A stretch of 63,874 bases of DNA, counting the filler, from Thelocarpon superellum (taxonomy: Eukaryota): the NCBI GenBank assembly GCA_026025795.1. It is 3 parts of 3 records of this genome, joined end to end, with 100 filler letters (N's around TTAATTAATTAA, not from the genome) between each part and the next. Parts side by side here need not be neighbours in the genome. Positions count along the whole stretch, not along the records: positions 1 to 22,492 come from JAPEUG010000295.1; 2 more parts are not named here. One strand, 5' to 3'. Made by a program: the position numbers and the translations under genes. Each line of letters opens with the position of its first letter. Positions within the stretch are counted from its first letter, which is position 1. The notes under the pieces were generated by a model, which saw only the letters and a program-made list of their open reading frames with translations, did not search any database and was not told where the DNA came from. Shown piece after piece: positions 1-13,667 of this stretch.

Positions 1-1885
1 TTGTACATCGAGGCAGGCAACGCCCGATTAGGAGGAGGCGGTCCAGTCGCGGTCTAGCCGGGACCGTTACGATCGGTCGTGGAACAATGGCAGCCACGCC
101 GAGAGGTCATCGGCAGCGGACGGGCGAATGAGGGTGCCGATGATTCCAGACGTCGGGCCGCAAGCTCACGAGCCGAGCGACGAAATGAAGTCTGACGCCG
201 GCCCCATGTTCTACCCGGGGGGCGGACGGCCGTAGTCGCCGACGGCCATCCGGTCGCCTTTTGGCGGGCGAGGGAGAGAGACCGACGCGCGGAGGATACG
301 ATTAGCCTTTCCCCTCCCACCAACGTCTTAATCACCCAACATGGAATTGGACAGGAGGTCGCAGCGTTGATTGGCTTGCCGGCGTGCATCTTCTCATGTA
401 GTGCATCATGTCGTGCACAGTCAGGGCTTTTGCACGCAAACCTTACGTGCTCGCGCGGTCTGGATGGGGCCGGGCATGGCGGCGCGCTCACCAAGAGATG
501 GACCGCCATGAAGCCTGCAACGGATCACATCCCCCGTCTCTCGTCCTCGTCCGTCGTATCCGGGCTTAGAGGACGGGTACAGGGTGACGGGCGGCCTAAA
601 TTTGGTCTCTCTGTCTCATCACAGACTTGGCCGTCCTGGATCATTTTAATCCCGAGCCATTAAGATGTTCCGCCGCTGGTAGCTATGAGCACGCAGCGAA
701 CTCAGCCACGGGCCAAGTCCCGTCCGGACGATCCCCCACCGAGCCGCTGCGCTACCTGCGCTTGCGGTAGCTAGTCCTTGCGTAGGCCCCGCTCCTTGCC
801 GGGCTCACCACCGTCCGCCGGGTGTGAGGGATCCCGGAACGAGAAGGACTCAGAAGGCGCCAAGACGGACGAAGCCACGGGGCCCAACACCGAAGAAGAG
901 AAGCACACCCTGAGCACGGGCACCCGTCCCGCCGTGAATGGCCATGATCTGCGCGGGCCCTCCGATGGAGTCGCTGAACAATGCGGCCGCGCCGCGCCGC
1001 GCCGGGCCACGCCACACTGCACTATCTGCGTCCATGATAGTCTACGGCCCGTCAGATCCTCGCCAGATCACGGTGATTGCCGCCATGCACGGAAGCTTGA
1101 TGGTGCAGTCCCGTCGAGGCCGACGCCGAAGGCCGCAGCGTTCCCTCAGTCTTACTTGCATCTGTCCGACGTCAAAATACGTCAAACCTTCCATTCGCGT
1201 TGCAGACGCCATCGCTGCCCTTCCCAGCACCAGGTCGGGTCCGCATTGGCCTGTCACGGTACGTCCGAGGCCCAAGCTCCCGCGCAAGAACGAACCGGGA
1301 GATGCCCATGAGACCGGCCCCAGCATGATGTGACTTACGATGGCCATCTGCTCGGCAAAGTCCGCCCTCGTCCCAGATATTCTCATGAAGAGATGAAGAT
1401 CGACATCTTTTCCTGATCCAAGTTGCCCCCCAACCCCCCAACCCCCCGCCCCAGGCCAGGAAGCTGGGGCCCTATCCCGCTGGTCTATAAGCGCTTGCGC
1501 GACTTTGTTGGGTCCATGCGTTGGCACCTGGCCGCCAACCTGGGTTTCCGCGTGGATGTGAACGCCTGCCGATTGTGTTGAGACGGACATCGCTTTCCTA
1601 CCGTGTGCCATCCCCACGCACAGTGGACGTACGCATTCGGCCGCGTGAATCAGCGATCCTGACCGCCATCCGAAGCAAGCCCCGAACGGAGCCTTGGTGG
1701 TCTCCCGCGCGCCAGCATCTCAGGCGGCGGGATCTCCGCTTGATGCGAAGTGCCGGTATCAGCTTCCATCCCCACGAAGCTCAACGCGTGGGTGGCGCCA
1801 CCCTGATCTGGACTCGAGCTCCGGCTTGGAAGTTTCGCTTCTCTCTCCGCGGCGGAAGGTCGTCGCCGAGATTCGACCAGCATAT

Positions 1886-4186
1886 ATGGGTGATGCGAAG
1901 CCGCCTCGAGTCCGGCGAAGACCTGCTGCCGGTGAACAGGCCAAGCATCGCCGGACACGATCCGGTTGTCTGACCTGTCGTACTCGGCGAGTCAAGGTAA
2001 GAGCGGTCATCCGGCCAACGGGGAGGCGCGTGGCCTGGCTGATGGTAGTTAGTGCGATGAGACGCATCCCACCTGCGATCGTATGTGGCCTATTCCTCGC
2101 TGCCGTCATGCGTCAGTTGACCAGTCCTCGTGTGGTAGGATGTCGAAAGGGAGGCCGGGATTGCGTTTACCCAGCAGCCTCGCCGACCAAGTCGTCTCGA
2201 AGCCGAAAGGCTCCAAGTCCGCTGTCGGATCACTCCTCTCCCGAGAGCAGCTCGGTGGAGTCAGATGCGGAGGACGAGGACGCGGACGAGGCCGACGGAC
2301 AATTCGATCCCATCCCCGAGTCAGCGACGAGCGCCGACAGTCTGAATAACGCGAGCGTCTCAAGCAATGGCAATCTGTCTCCGAGCCGGACACGGTCGTC
2401 GACGCGTAAAAGCTCCGAGACACCGTCCCTCACCCACGATAAGAGCCCGTCGCCATCGACGGAAGGGTCTGGAACGCTGCCCATCTTGCAGAGAACCACC
2501 CCCGCTCTCAACAACACACCTAAATCTCATCCAGCCGACTACTCATCGACCGCAGGCTCGAACGGTAGCAAATTGGACTGGTCTCATCTGCCGGCAGATC
2601 TGCAATTCTACCTCGACTACCATCAGAAACACCTGACGGCCTACACCTACTCTTTTCGTTGTGAGGGCGGGCCTTTCTTGGAAAACACCCTGTTGAGATT
2701 GGCCCTTCACCACACCCCGCTCCTCTACGGCGTCGTGGGCTTTGCCGCGTTTCAGTACGCCCTGACGAAGCCTGATAGCAAGCTCCAAGACTTTCTGGGA
2801 TACTATACAACAGCAGTGTCGCATCTGCGGAACTTGCTTCGGCGGACTCAAAAACACAGCGTGGCTACGCTGGTGACAATTCTCCAGCTAGCCACGATTG
2901 AGGTAAGGTGGTCATCGGTATCCATCGACTTTGGCTCATGGTCCATAGGAGTACCTCGGAGACTGGGTCAACCTGCAAAGTCATCAGAAAGCAGCGTACG
3001 AGATCCTGACGGAGCTATACACGCCGGCGACAATCATGCAATCAGACACGCAACGGGTCCTCTTCGACTGGTACTCGCGATTTGATCTTTTCGCTGGCCT
3101 GATGGCAGGCAGCGAGATGGTGCTGAGCCGCGATTGGTTCGTGGCATACAACGAGCATTATCAGCGGCACAGTCAGCAACTTCCGGACGACATCGTCGGA
3201 AAGATGGATCTGGCCATCTCCGAATATCGGCTGCTGGCGATGGACATGGCAACGCTATTTGCGCGAGCGAAAGGCGGTGGAGCGCCGGAGCATTTCATGG
3301 CGGAAGTGTCGAGGCTGGTCCGAGATTTACAAGCCTGGCGAGCGGACATGGACCCGAACCTCGCGGCGCCGGCAAACTTCGTCACGTTTCACGGATCACA
3401 AGCCTTGGACATTGGGATCATCGACCCTTACGAACCCGGACTGATCTTCGAGCGGCGACTTTGGCGACTGAATTTCGCCATGCTGGGATGGTACGCGACA
3501 GAGATGATGATGATGCAACAAGCTGCGTTGATGACGGGCCAACCACCGCCGGCGAGGCTGGAGGGGCTGGCGCGAAGGGTGTGCCAGACGATTGAGGCCG
3601 TTCAGATCTGGCCTGGCTCGCCGCCGGGCAGTATCTTCTCCGCGCAAGCCACGCTAGCCATTGCGGCGTTGTTCCTCCCCAAGGACGAGCGACACACGCG
3701 ATGGCTCCGACTGAAATTTGCATCGATCGAAAGCGTGGGGTAAGCAGAAAGCTACACGAGCGGCCATCCTACCGCGTGCTGACTTTGCCCAACAGATACA
3801 TCTACCCGCCTCCTTTCCGCAGTAAGATGGCCAAGCTGTGGAACCTGCCCGAGGTCGAAAAGTGGTGGCTCCCTAGCGACGAGGGCTATCCGCGCATCGT
3901 ACGAAGCATCCGCTCCTTTGTGGAAGAACGCGCGACGCAGACCCAGCCGGGCGACTCGCCCACCTCGGACCTCAAGAACATGAAGGGGATCTTCAAGGCC
4001 ATGAAGCTGAATGACGATACTACCTCTTCTTCTTCCAAGCCGGACTCATCTTCCTCGGCTCGACTTGCTGCGAGGGCGACTGGTGTTGGCGCTAGTATTG
4101 GCAGTGGCGCGGCACAAAATATTCCTACTGCGAGAGTTGGCGCTGGTGCTGGTCCTAACGCGGGCACGGGGGCTACGGGGCAATGA
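1886..4186 (+). CDS. Zn(II)2Cys6 transcription factor with C-terminal fungal-specific TF domain; 5 exons (introns 1997-2052, 2081-2138, 2903-2948, 3740-3795)
   Basis: Spliced translation gives HRRTRSGCLTCRTRRVK|CDETHPTCD|RCRKGGRDCVYP, a complete C6 cluster. It is followed by a Ser-rich linker and a helical domain (LQLATIE|EYLGDWVNL). All four introns are GT-AG and restore the frame. Confidence 0.9.
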
Positions 4187-4423
4187 ACTCCCATGCGATA
4201 GGGATCGTTTAGTGATGGGAATTCTAAAATAAAATGATAACCACGATGTCTAGACGGGCAGTAACCAGCCAAGCGTTTACTATTGGGGGTCCCATTCTCT
4301 GACAAAGTCGTGTACTGTTGCCTAGAGAGGAGGTTAATCTTCTGACCAGACGACGGTGCCGAGCCCAGCCAAGCCAAGCTGAGAGACTCAAAGAGCAGAT
4401 TCGCACTGAAGCACGGGCATGTT

Positions 4424-5209
4424 CTAGTAAGAAAAGGCATCGGCGCTGGACGCATCGATGGGCTCCGCGACCATATCGAAGCCGATGCAGTTGTCAGGCG
4501 GGTGAATAGAGGAGGTGAGGTTGGCGTAGACCTGGTAGTTGTCGCCGCTGGGGCAGGCGAGCCAGCTACCAGCGTCTTCCGAGCTGAAGATGACACGGGC
4601 ATTGTCCGTGCTGCCACTGTTCGGGCTGCCGAGCGCCTCGAGCGAGAATTGGTTCGTGTATGGTGCCTGGCTTCCGTCCCCGCCGAGACCCGGCACGACG
4701 TCCGAGTGCGCGGCGACGTACCGTAGTATCCCTTGCGAGGTGACGTATACTTGTTGGGGAACGGGCTCGTGGCTGGACTGGACATTGTAGAGAGGTGAGT
4801 GTCAGTCGTGGCTTGCTTGCTCTGCCGCTTGGGTGGTGCAAGTCATGGGGAACGAAGGTGAGGAGGGGATGGGTGGGGAAGACGGGAGACGGGAGACGGG
4901 AGACGAGAGACGGTGCTAGGGCAGGCGTACCAGGTAGGCAGAGCCATCAGTCCGAAAGTCAATGGCCGTCGCGCTGTTCTTCGAGCAGCTCGCGACCTTG
5001 TCGTTGTCGGGTCCGCAGTCGACGGTGACACTGACGCTGTCGCCGAGCATCAGATAGGTACTCGCGGCTACGATGGGCTTTTGGTGAACGCGCTGGTCTC
5101 CCGAATGGATTGCGATTAGGCTGTAGATCTGATTGGTAGCAGGAGCCGGAGCGGCTGTGATAAAGGGAATGAGCGTGGCGAGCGCCGAGAGAGCAATGGT
5201 GGACTTCAT
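4424..5209 (-). CDS. Secreted cell-wall protein, PhiA/IgE-binding-protein-like; intron 4778-4930
   Basis: Signal peptide MKSTIALSALATLIPFITA. Motifs YSLIAIHSG, VPQQVYVTSQGILRYVAAHS, WLACP..YQVYA and C.GF resemble this fungal family. Confidence 0.72.
4880..4913 (+). repeat. Short degenerate (GACGGGA)n repeat in an intron
   Basis: gacgggagacgggagacgggagacgagagacgg read directly. Confidence 0.7.
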
Positions 5210-6789
5210 GGTGGAGAAATGGAGGATGAGGAAGGCTTCTGGTTCAGATTATATGTCGGGTATAGAGATGAGAAGCGTTGATGGAGACTGTTGGGTGATG
5301 GTATGAACGAGTGTAACTGTGGACATCGATCGAGTTCTTAACTCCATCGCGGTCAATCATCTCAGTCGTCGGCCGGAAAACGGGTACAGGGGATCTCTTC
5401 ATGGCTTTGCGTTGCAACCCCCCTTCCAACTACCCTCGGAGTGAGCAAGGTTGGATCATATGTTCGCCAAAGGCGCTCATTGCAGCAGGTCTATTATCCC
5501 TGACGTCAGGCCGGCAGTGCTCCGGTTCGGTGAACGGACGTTAAATGTTAATAACGCAGAATCTGCTGATATCGAGGCTGGATTAGGAGGTCCCAGTAGT
5601 CAGCCAGCAGGATCTCAGGACGTGGGCGAGCGCTTAATCGGGCCCGTGCTCGGCTGAGGATTGAGGCGCAAGTCGCGGGGTGTTCACGGTCGAGTCGAGT
5701 CGAGGGCGACTGACGGTGCGGGCCCCACGGCATTCCAAACACGATGGGGAAGTTTCACCAAAGTGCCATACAGCAATAGCATAACAGCAGGACATGCCAT
5801 GTCTCTGTACTAGGTAGGACGGGTATTAAAGTGCCAACACGCTGTAAGCAAGCGCCAGAAGAAATTATGCCACAACAGTAGACAGGTGGCAGGTGCCAGA
5901 GGCGAGGATGGTCGCAATAACTAACATCTGTACATTGACATTTCCCTGTACGGCGCTGGATGACAAACGTGTCGATTGATACGATATGGCCATCGTCACG
6001 TGACTGCTTTGTACACGCTGGAGGACTCGGCATTAAAGTGCACATTCCTTGTGTGGTCAGGCCGCTTTGAGCATGAAGAGCTGGCGCTCAGACTCCATTA
6101 TTGCAGAATTTCATGCCTGCCTATATGCGTAGGCAGGGATAGCATAGATACTCGAACACGTCCCCGTATTAGCCCGCCCAGAACTTATACGGCGTTATGA
6201 AAGCTTCACGGTGGACCAAAATAGACACATCCGTTGCGCATAACGCACGATAAGATCTCTGTCCTCGTACTGGTCAGCAATCACAGACCAGGCGCCTAGA
6301 TATTACGTAGGACCTAGTCTCGAGCTACGCTCCCTGTGCGATCCTATGTCTTTGGGTGACGGGCAACAGTTGCGACGTGAAGACGCTCTCCCGCGTCTCG
6401 GGATTTTGAACGTTGAAGAGTGGGGGAAACTTACTAAGGGGGGTGTCGGAGCTAATCTTGGCTCATTGAGTAGGGGCCGACGTGATAGATAGACTTGAAC
6501 GATTTCCTAAGGTTACTCAAAAGCTTCACTACCTACGATGGAAAAAGAGACTGGTGGATAGGCCGGCCAACGGACAGGCATGTAGGAGAGAGGTGGGGTA
6601 GGATGTAGGAGAGACTTGAAGGAGCGGGACTTGACTGATGAGAAGAACAGTGAAGGGAAGCGGGATTCTGGGAGGAGGAATACGGCTAGGGTGAACATGA
6701 GATAGGGAATGCCACGTCTCAATTAATTTTTCTCTCCCCTCCAAGATCTTGTTTGGCGATCCGTGGCCCTGGAGCGAGTCTGATCTCGT

Positions 6790-8113
6790 CTAAGCTCCGT
6801 CGCGGTTCTTGCGGTAGCCGGCCTGGACGCATTTCCCTCGTTAGCCCGCCATCTCCTCGTCTGGTCTCAATACGTATAACGCACGCACACATAAATCCAA
6901 ACGAAGAGCCTCAATCAAGGAGCCATGGATTCATGACGACGCACCTCCTGCTCAACCTGCAGTCCATCCACCACGGGCGCCAGCTCGCTGAGAATCTCGT
7001 ACGCCTTTTTGTGGTACTCCACTTGCGCAGCGATGAGTTCCGCGAGGTTACGGAGAGGCTCTGGCGTATCCAGGACCTAGATGCGTCTGAGTCAGTCGAT
7101 CGTGACAGCGGTGAAAGGTTCCGTACGTTCTGCATCACGCCCACGGCTTCTTCCGTCTGGCCGACAAACTCATCCTCGGCTTGCTCGATCTCGACGCGCG
7201 CCTCCTCGCTGACCGTCCCATCCTCGTGTCCGTCTTTGCGAGCCCCAGCTTGGCCCGGCAGATTCCATCCAGCACCGCCGTTTTTAGCCTTGGCCTTGGC
7301 CGCGTCCAGGAGGAGGCGAGCATTTTCAACGCTCTTTCGCGCCCGCGTGGCAAACATGAGGTTGGTGTTGAGCGTCGTGCTCCAGCCCGCCAGGAAACGG
7401 CTCTGGATCTGCGCGTCCTGAGCGAGACGTGCCTGGCCGACCTGCTCTTGGGCAATCGCATACTTCTCCAGCGCGGTCGCCAAAGGATCGTCGCTGGCGC
7501 CGGGCCGATGTTGCTGCAAGAGCGAGCTCCCGGCCAGAGAAGCCCGGGCGATGGCATGGTTGAAGGTTTTGGGCTGTGGCTTGGCCGTCGGCGGAGCTGT
7601 CAGGGCCGCCTGAGCCTCGGCAGGCGACGTGGCTTGACCCAGCAGCTGCGCCTTCTCCGTAATCGTACGTCCCAGGTCGCCAAAGGACTCGCGGATGTTG
7701 GGGGGGTAGTCGTACGCCTCGTTGGAGTATTGCGATCTGGGACGCGTCAGCGCCTGTCCTCCTCCCTCGTTTCGCGCCGACGTACGTTACTTGCAGCATC
7801 TTCTGATGAACCTGCTTCAACGCATCGACCCGCTTCTCCAATTCGATGTAGTCCGGCGGAAGTTGTGTCTGGTTCGCATCGTTAGCCACGTGGAACGAGG
7901 GGGTCGTCAAGACTCTCACGCACCTTCTCCTCAGCCTGACCCAGCTGTTCCTTGACATATTGCTGAGTCCGCGTAGCAAAGGGACTGATCGAAGCGCTAC
8001 GAGTATGGATGAGAATGCGTCTTTCAGGCTATTGATCGCCCGCAGGCGCCGGTCCGGCGGTGGTGGGATGGAGCTTACGTGAAGTTCTTGCCGAAAGCCT
8101 GGACCCGATCCAT
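6790..8113 (-). CDS. GVP36: BAR-domain protein, Gvp36-like; multi-exon
   Basis: Spliced: MDRVQAFGKNF|TASISPFATRTQQYVKEQLGQAEEK|TQLPPDYIELEKRVDALKQVH...YDYPPNIRESF...EIEQAEDEFVGQTEEAVGVMQN|VLDTPEPLRNLAELIAAQ...|AGYRKNRDGA*. Confidence 0.88.
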
Positions 8114-8687
8114 GATGGGAGGAAGTGGGAAGTTGACACACGAGACGGTCGGGTTCGGGTTAATCACGTAGGTCGGGCACCAAAATGCAGATTTGGTCTG
8201 CAGCAACGACTGTGGATCGTAGGGATGAACGTGGTGATGGTTACGAGTCGCTTCTCACGTTGCGTTTCCGGCTGGCACCCAAGGTTCATGCTCAGAGATA
8301 CGCCACCGGACTGTTACGCGGGAGTCGCTCGTATCGCGCGTGCAGGCCGGGGCGCTCGCACGCTCCATTCTCGGTAGAGATACGCATCCCGTCGCCCGCC
8401 AAGCACTGGGTCGGAGGTAACTTGTACGAGTCCTCCTCCCACCGCAGGGCTCGAGCCTGTCAACAATCGATCAAAACAGGCTGATATAATGTGACTGGTC
8501 GAGGTGAACAAACTCTAGCTGCTTCGAGATTGTATAGAACTTGTGCCAACCATCTCCTCTCGCGCTTCATCTTTCTTGCCAGCCGTGAGATCATCGCTCC
8601 TGGTCAGCGTTGAGCCCTATGAGCGCCGACTCGACCTCGAAAGGAACATTCCCTAGTGAACGAATCCATTTTGCGAACGAGGGAACC

Positions 8688-9385
8688 ATGGTGGTCCCCA
8701 TCACCTCCCGGAAGCACGATCTGGCATACGTCATTTTCTTCGTGTTGCATCTCGTCACCATGCTATGTAGGCACTCCCACTCCCAGGTCGGCTGAAGCCA
8801 CGAAGGCGCGGGCAATAACCAGACGCTACGGCGACAGTGGTGGATCTAGGAGCTCTCTACCCGCTTTCGATGACCCCAAGTGTGGTGACCAATATCCGAA
8901 CCTTCTATATCAGCACGTACAAAGACCGATTCTTTTATGATCCACCGGCGTGGTTCGTAGGATACGTGTGGATGGAAGCGTTACTTCACCTGCCATTTTC
9001 TCTCTACGCCATTCCGGCGTTGATCCGAGGTAGGAGTCTATTGGCATTCCTCGCTATGTCTTGCCCAGCGCTGACTATAGATGCGCCCAAGATGACCCAT
9101 ACATCCCCATTTATCTGCTGATCTGGGCCGTGCAGACAGCGGTGACAACCTTGACATGCATCATGGAGTTCACGACCTGGGGCCTGACAGCCGATGAAAC
9201 GATTTCCTTGTCCCAGCTTTACGTGCCATATCTCCTTCTGGGTTGGTCTTCCTCTGACGAAGGGTTTTGTCGTAGTGAGCTGACAGGATCCTCGGGCAGC
9301 CATCTACGTGACTGGAGACATGGTCATGAGAGTGGTGGTAAAGCTTCGGCCGTCGACCGTGGACGAGGTGAAGAAGGTGAACTAG
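8688..9385 (+). CDS. EXPERA/TMEM97-family ER membrane protein; 4 exons
   Basis: Spliced: MVVPITSRKHDLAYVIFFVLHL...VDLGALYP...YISTYKDRFFYDPPAWF...EALLHLP...QTAVTTLTC...LYVPYLLL...KKVN*. About four TM segments and a C-terminal KKxx ER-retrieval motif. Confidence 0.82.
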
Positions 9386-10127
9386 ACCTGCAGTCACAAC
9401 AGGCTGTCATTTTCGTTGATCGTGACAATACTACTGCGGTGATCGAGACGAAAGTACTCTCTCACTGTACGGCAGTGTACTGTAGGTGTGTTTCGCAGAG
9501 TGGAATAATGTTAAATGATGAGAATCGGTGCTCGATCCCAGTAGTAGATAAGAACCATCGAACATATCGTCGCCAAGGTTCTGCCTGTCGTGAAACGCCA
9601 TCCCTACGACTCTAACAAGCGGCCAGTAACAATAGAGGACGGACCCCCTACGTAGGTCGGCTCCTCACGCTCGCACAGGCCAACCCCCCACCCCCCGGCT
9701 TCGCCGACCGCCCGCTTCGCTGCCCATAGCGCACCGGTCCCATTAGGCTAAGTGCGCGGACAGATGACGCTGCGGGTGGTGAGGTGGCTGGGATGCAAGT
9801 CTTCCGACTTACCTCTTGCCAAGCGGGATGACATAGGACATGCCCACTTGCTTCATCGTCGTCATCCCTCGTCGCACAAGATCTTCTAGCACCCCACGTT
9901 ATTCCTCTCACCATGGTCTGCACCTTTTGAACGTGATAATATCCAGCCCATCGTCATCGCAAATTGCTTCGACTTTGACCGGGCGCTTCCGTGGCCCAGC
10001 ATCCATAGGCAGCAGGCGGGGCTGGTGCGCGACTTAGCACGTGCGAAGTGACTTGATCGGCCTGGACATCTCGCCGCTGATAAGGCCAACCACTGCGCAG
10101 TTTACCGCAAATTGAAGCCCGACAGCC

Positions 10128-11948
10128 ATGTCCTACGGTCGACCGGATCCGCGCGGCGGCGGGAGTGGCCGGTGGGATGCCGACCGCTTCCAGCGAGAAC
10201 GAGGCGGCCGCGTTGTGGAAGAGCGTGACCGTTTCGAGCGCGATCGCATTGAGCGCGGCGGCGGTCGATACTACGAGGACCGCGAATATGAAGAAGACGA
10301 TTTCAGCAGCCGACGAGGCGGTCGGGGTGCCGATGTCATCACTCCGCCACGGCGCCGCGAACGATCCGCGGAGGGTCATTTTGGCCCCCGGACCCGCTAC
10401 GAGCGAGACGAGGTTATTTTCACCGGCGGGAGAGAGCGTGGTGGGCGAGGGGGAGCGGCATACTATGAGGACGACTACGAAAGCTATGACGGGCCCCCGG
10501 GTAGGGGCGCTCTGGTTCCCTTGCGGTCGCCCATCTCACGGGGCCGTCATCAATCCATCGTCGACCGAGACTATGGGCCCACCTCACCCATCATCGGTCG
10601 CGGCCCGCCCGATCGTCCCGGCATCATCCGCCGGCAGTCGTCGCTTGACACCCATGACCGGAGACCCTTACCACGCTATGTCGAACGTGACGAGTATCGC
10701 GAGATTGACCTGCCCCTCAGACCTGTGCGCTCCCGCCGATCCGAAGATCGGTGGGAAGCGCCGCGACGCTACGAGCGAGACTATGAGGAGATTCGCGTGG
10801 CCGAGCCTGACTATTACGGCGACGAAGACTTCCACGAGTTCCGCGATCGCGACTTTGCTCGCCGCCGCGATAGCCGTGTGTCGATCCGCCGATCGGAAGA
10901 GATTGAAGAGCGCGTCGTGGAAGAGCCATTTCCACGCCGAGGCAAGACCAAGATGCCGGCGCGGCTGGTAGAGCGAAGTGCCATTTCCTCCTTGGGTTAT
11001 CCCTACGTGGAAGAGGTACGTGCCCTTTGTCTGCGTCCACGGCGACTCATGCCCCCGTCCTGTCACTGATGCGAGGACAGCTCGATACCATCATCATCTT
11101 GAGGGCGTTGAGTGGCGAGCAGATCGACGAGGTCGTCCGAGTGAGCGATGAAATTCGAAGGAGTAAGAGCCAACGTATCGAACATGTGGTTCCGGACTAA
11201 ACCCGATCTAGGCCAGACCACGTTCCGCTTCGAGGAATCCAAATTGATCGAGGCGCCCCCGTCCCCGCCGGCCGAGGTGATCGAGCGCAAGACCGAGGTG
11301 TTGACGTCGCCCGGCCCCGTACCCTTGGAGGTCATTGAGCGAGTGACGGAATCGCGATCGGTGGTGCCTTCTCATCACGGTCATCGCTCGCACCGATCTT
11401 CGCGACGGGGCACACACACGCGACATCGATCCAAGAGCCGACATCGGAGCAAGAGCCGGCGTCGATCCAAGAGCCGGGTCCGATCTCGAAGTGTGTCTGG
11501 CACCCGGCGCTCGTCCGTCCACATCACTCGCAGCAAGTCACACCGCGGGTCCGGCTCGAGCTCGAGCTCGAGCACGGATTCCAAGGTTGAGATCACGAAG
11601 GTGGAGGAGCGAGAGAAGAGTGAGCCGGTGCGGGTCTTCCCGTTGGCCTTGGCCGTTCCCGATCACCGCCGAGACGACCGAAGTATCAAACACGAGATTC
11701 GCGCGCTCGAACGCGAAGAACGGGGGCTGAAGCTGGAGCGGAGGGAGGGCCACCGATCACGCCATCGCCGCAACAGCAGCGATGGCGTTGAGATCATCGA
11801 GATCGCGCGAAAGCCCGAGCGCGAGAGCCATCGATCGCGCCGTCGTCGTGACAGCAGCGGTAGCCCCGAGGCCATCATCGAGATCGAGCGAAATGACGGG
11901 GTGCGCGTCGAAAAGAGCAAAACGGGTAAGCTGTCGTTGGTTCGATAG
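10128..11948 (+). CDS. Conserved fungal Arg/Glu/Asp/Ser-rich low-complexity protein; 3 exons
   Basis: Long codon-biased ORFs are joined by GT-AG introns around a folded-looking segment, FPRRGKTKMPARLV...LGYPYVEE|LDTIIILRALSGEQIDEVVRVS. The protein ends VRVEKSKTGKLSLVR*. Confidence 0.8.
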
Positions 11949-12474
11949 AGGGTGTGGCGGGCCTGATGACCTTTTCCCGCGTAGAAACCGACTCGAGACT
12001 GGTCAAGGCCATGCTGGCGACCCTGACGTAGCGGCACGATTGAGCTGGACAGCGCTGGGGCAATGCCTCGTCCCGTCTCGCGTGCCTCGCTAAGGCATGA
12101 TTTGGAAGATCTGCTGGCGCGAGGCTTTCATGTCTTTACGGCCCTCGCGCAAGATCGCAACATTCAGGCGGCTCATTATCTGCGATGTTATGCGTCATAG
12201 TAGATGAGAGTCATGTCGTACGCGAAGTGCGACGTGTGAATTTCCACCAAAGATGTGCTGGGTCAGTAGAATCGTGATCACGCGTGCTACAGACATCAAG
12301 TCCCAAAGGAAGACGTGAGGCGATTGCGAGAATGGTCCACCGAGTCGACGCATTAGGCCCTCCTACCGTAGAACTAAAGACGTCGAACCTTGATCGCACA
12401 CGACGGTTGTTGCTTTCACCTCTCAGCCTCTCACGCTCTGAGCGACAGAATGCGCGTCCATCACAGCGTCACCA

Positions 12475-13491
12475 ATGCCGATCTGCATCGAATGCAGATA
12501 TCCTGTGCACCAGCTGTACACAACCTACTCCAAAGCCGACGACCATTCCTCGGGGAAGGGTGTCCGGCTCACACAATGCCCACGCTGCAAGCGCTTCGCC
12601 GACAAATACGTCGAGCATGACTTTGTCGTACTCTTCATCGATCTGGTCCTGATCAAGCCACAGGTGAGCTCGAGCTCCTTTCAGCGGTTCACCGCCGTGG
12701 CTGACGCAGCGGCCGTCGACAGGTATATCGGCACCTTCTCTTCAACAAACTCGGTCGAGAAGATGATCAGTTCGATGTATGGAGCCTGTCCGCAGCATAT
12801 GTAGCTGCCCTGCACTGCCCTGCCCTGCACCGCATGGCGTCTGCTTGCTCACTTTCTCCAGCCCGCCATCGTCCGCCTCGGAGTCTTGCTCCTCCTCTTT
12901 GACGTCTATCTCACGTGGGCGCGCATCGAGAAGCAACTCCCACTCCCGTCATCCGCCACGTCGCCGAATCCCGCGTTCGGCTACCTCGCCGCGCAGCCTA
13001 TCGTCCTACAATATCTCTTCTTCCGTATGTTTCGCCGCCCCTGTCCAGAGAAGCGGTGCTAATGAAAGCCTTGCACACCAGTCTGCCTCTGCCTGACGGA
13101 GTCGTTGGTGTTCCACCTCACCATCCGGCTCTTGACCCAGTTCATGCTGGGATACCCACGACCCAACAGCGTTTCGACAGCGCTGCTCGTGTCGTCGTGC
13201 ACCAAGCTGTTTCCGATCCTGATGGTCATTTGGGACTACGATGTGCCGGCGGCAGCGAAGAGCGTGGGATGGGCTGTCGTCGTCAACAACATCGAGGCCC
13301 TCAAGATCTTGCTCGATTGCGGTTACGGTATGGCGGGCTTCTTGGCTGGTACGGGTGCGTTGGTACGGGTCCTGACCGCCTGGGAGATCCTCAAGGTCGT
13401 AGGGTTGCAGGAAGGTGGCAGTGCCGCTGGAGGGATATGGACGGGGGCGTGGTACTTTTTCCAGTGGGTGAGCGGTAGATGGGCCGGTTGA
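12475..13491 (+). CDS. ARV1: Arv1 sterol homeostasis protein; 4 exons
   Basis: MPICIEC...LTQCPRCKRFADKYVEHDFVVLFIDLVLIKPQ|VYRHLLFN is the Arv1 homology domain. Confidence 0.95.
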
Positions 13492-13667
13492 AGCACTTCG
13501 ATCACGTATACACTCATACCAAGATACAGTACAGTGGTGATTTTCTCCATACATGGACCCAGAACGCCTCAAGGCCCCGACACCGGGCTCGAGCCATGCA
13601 GATTGAAATAGCCTCTTCCACACTCGTAGTCCTGCTCACCCACCCTCACGCTCCATCGAGCTCCTCT

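Noticed and set aside
54..1700. Overlapping 80-190 aa ORFs upstream of the Zn2Cys6 gene
   Set aside because: They have no recognisable motif or consistent splice model, and such ORFs are expected by chance in GC-rich DNA.
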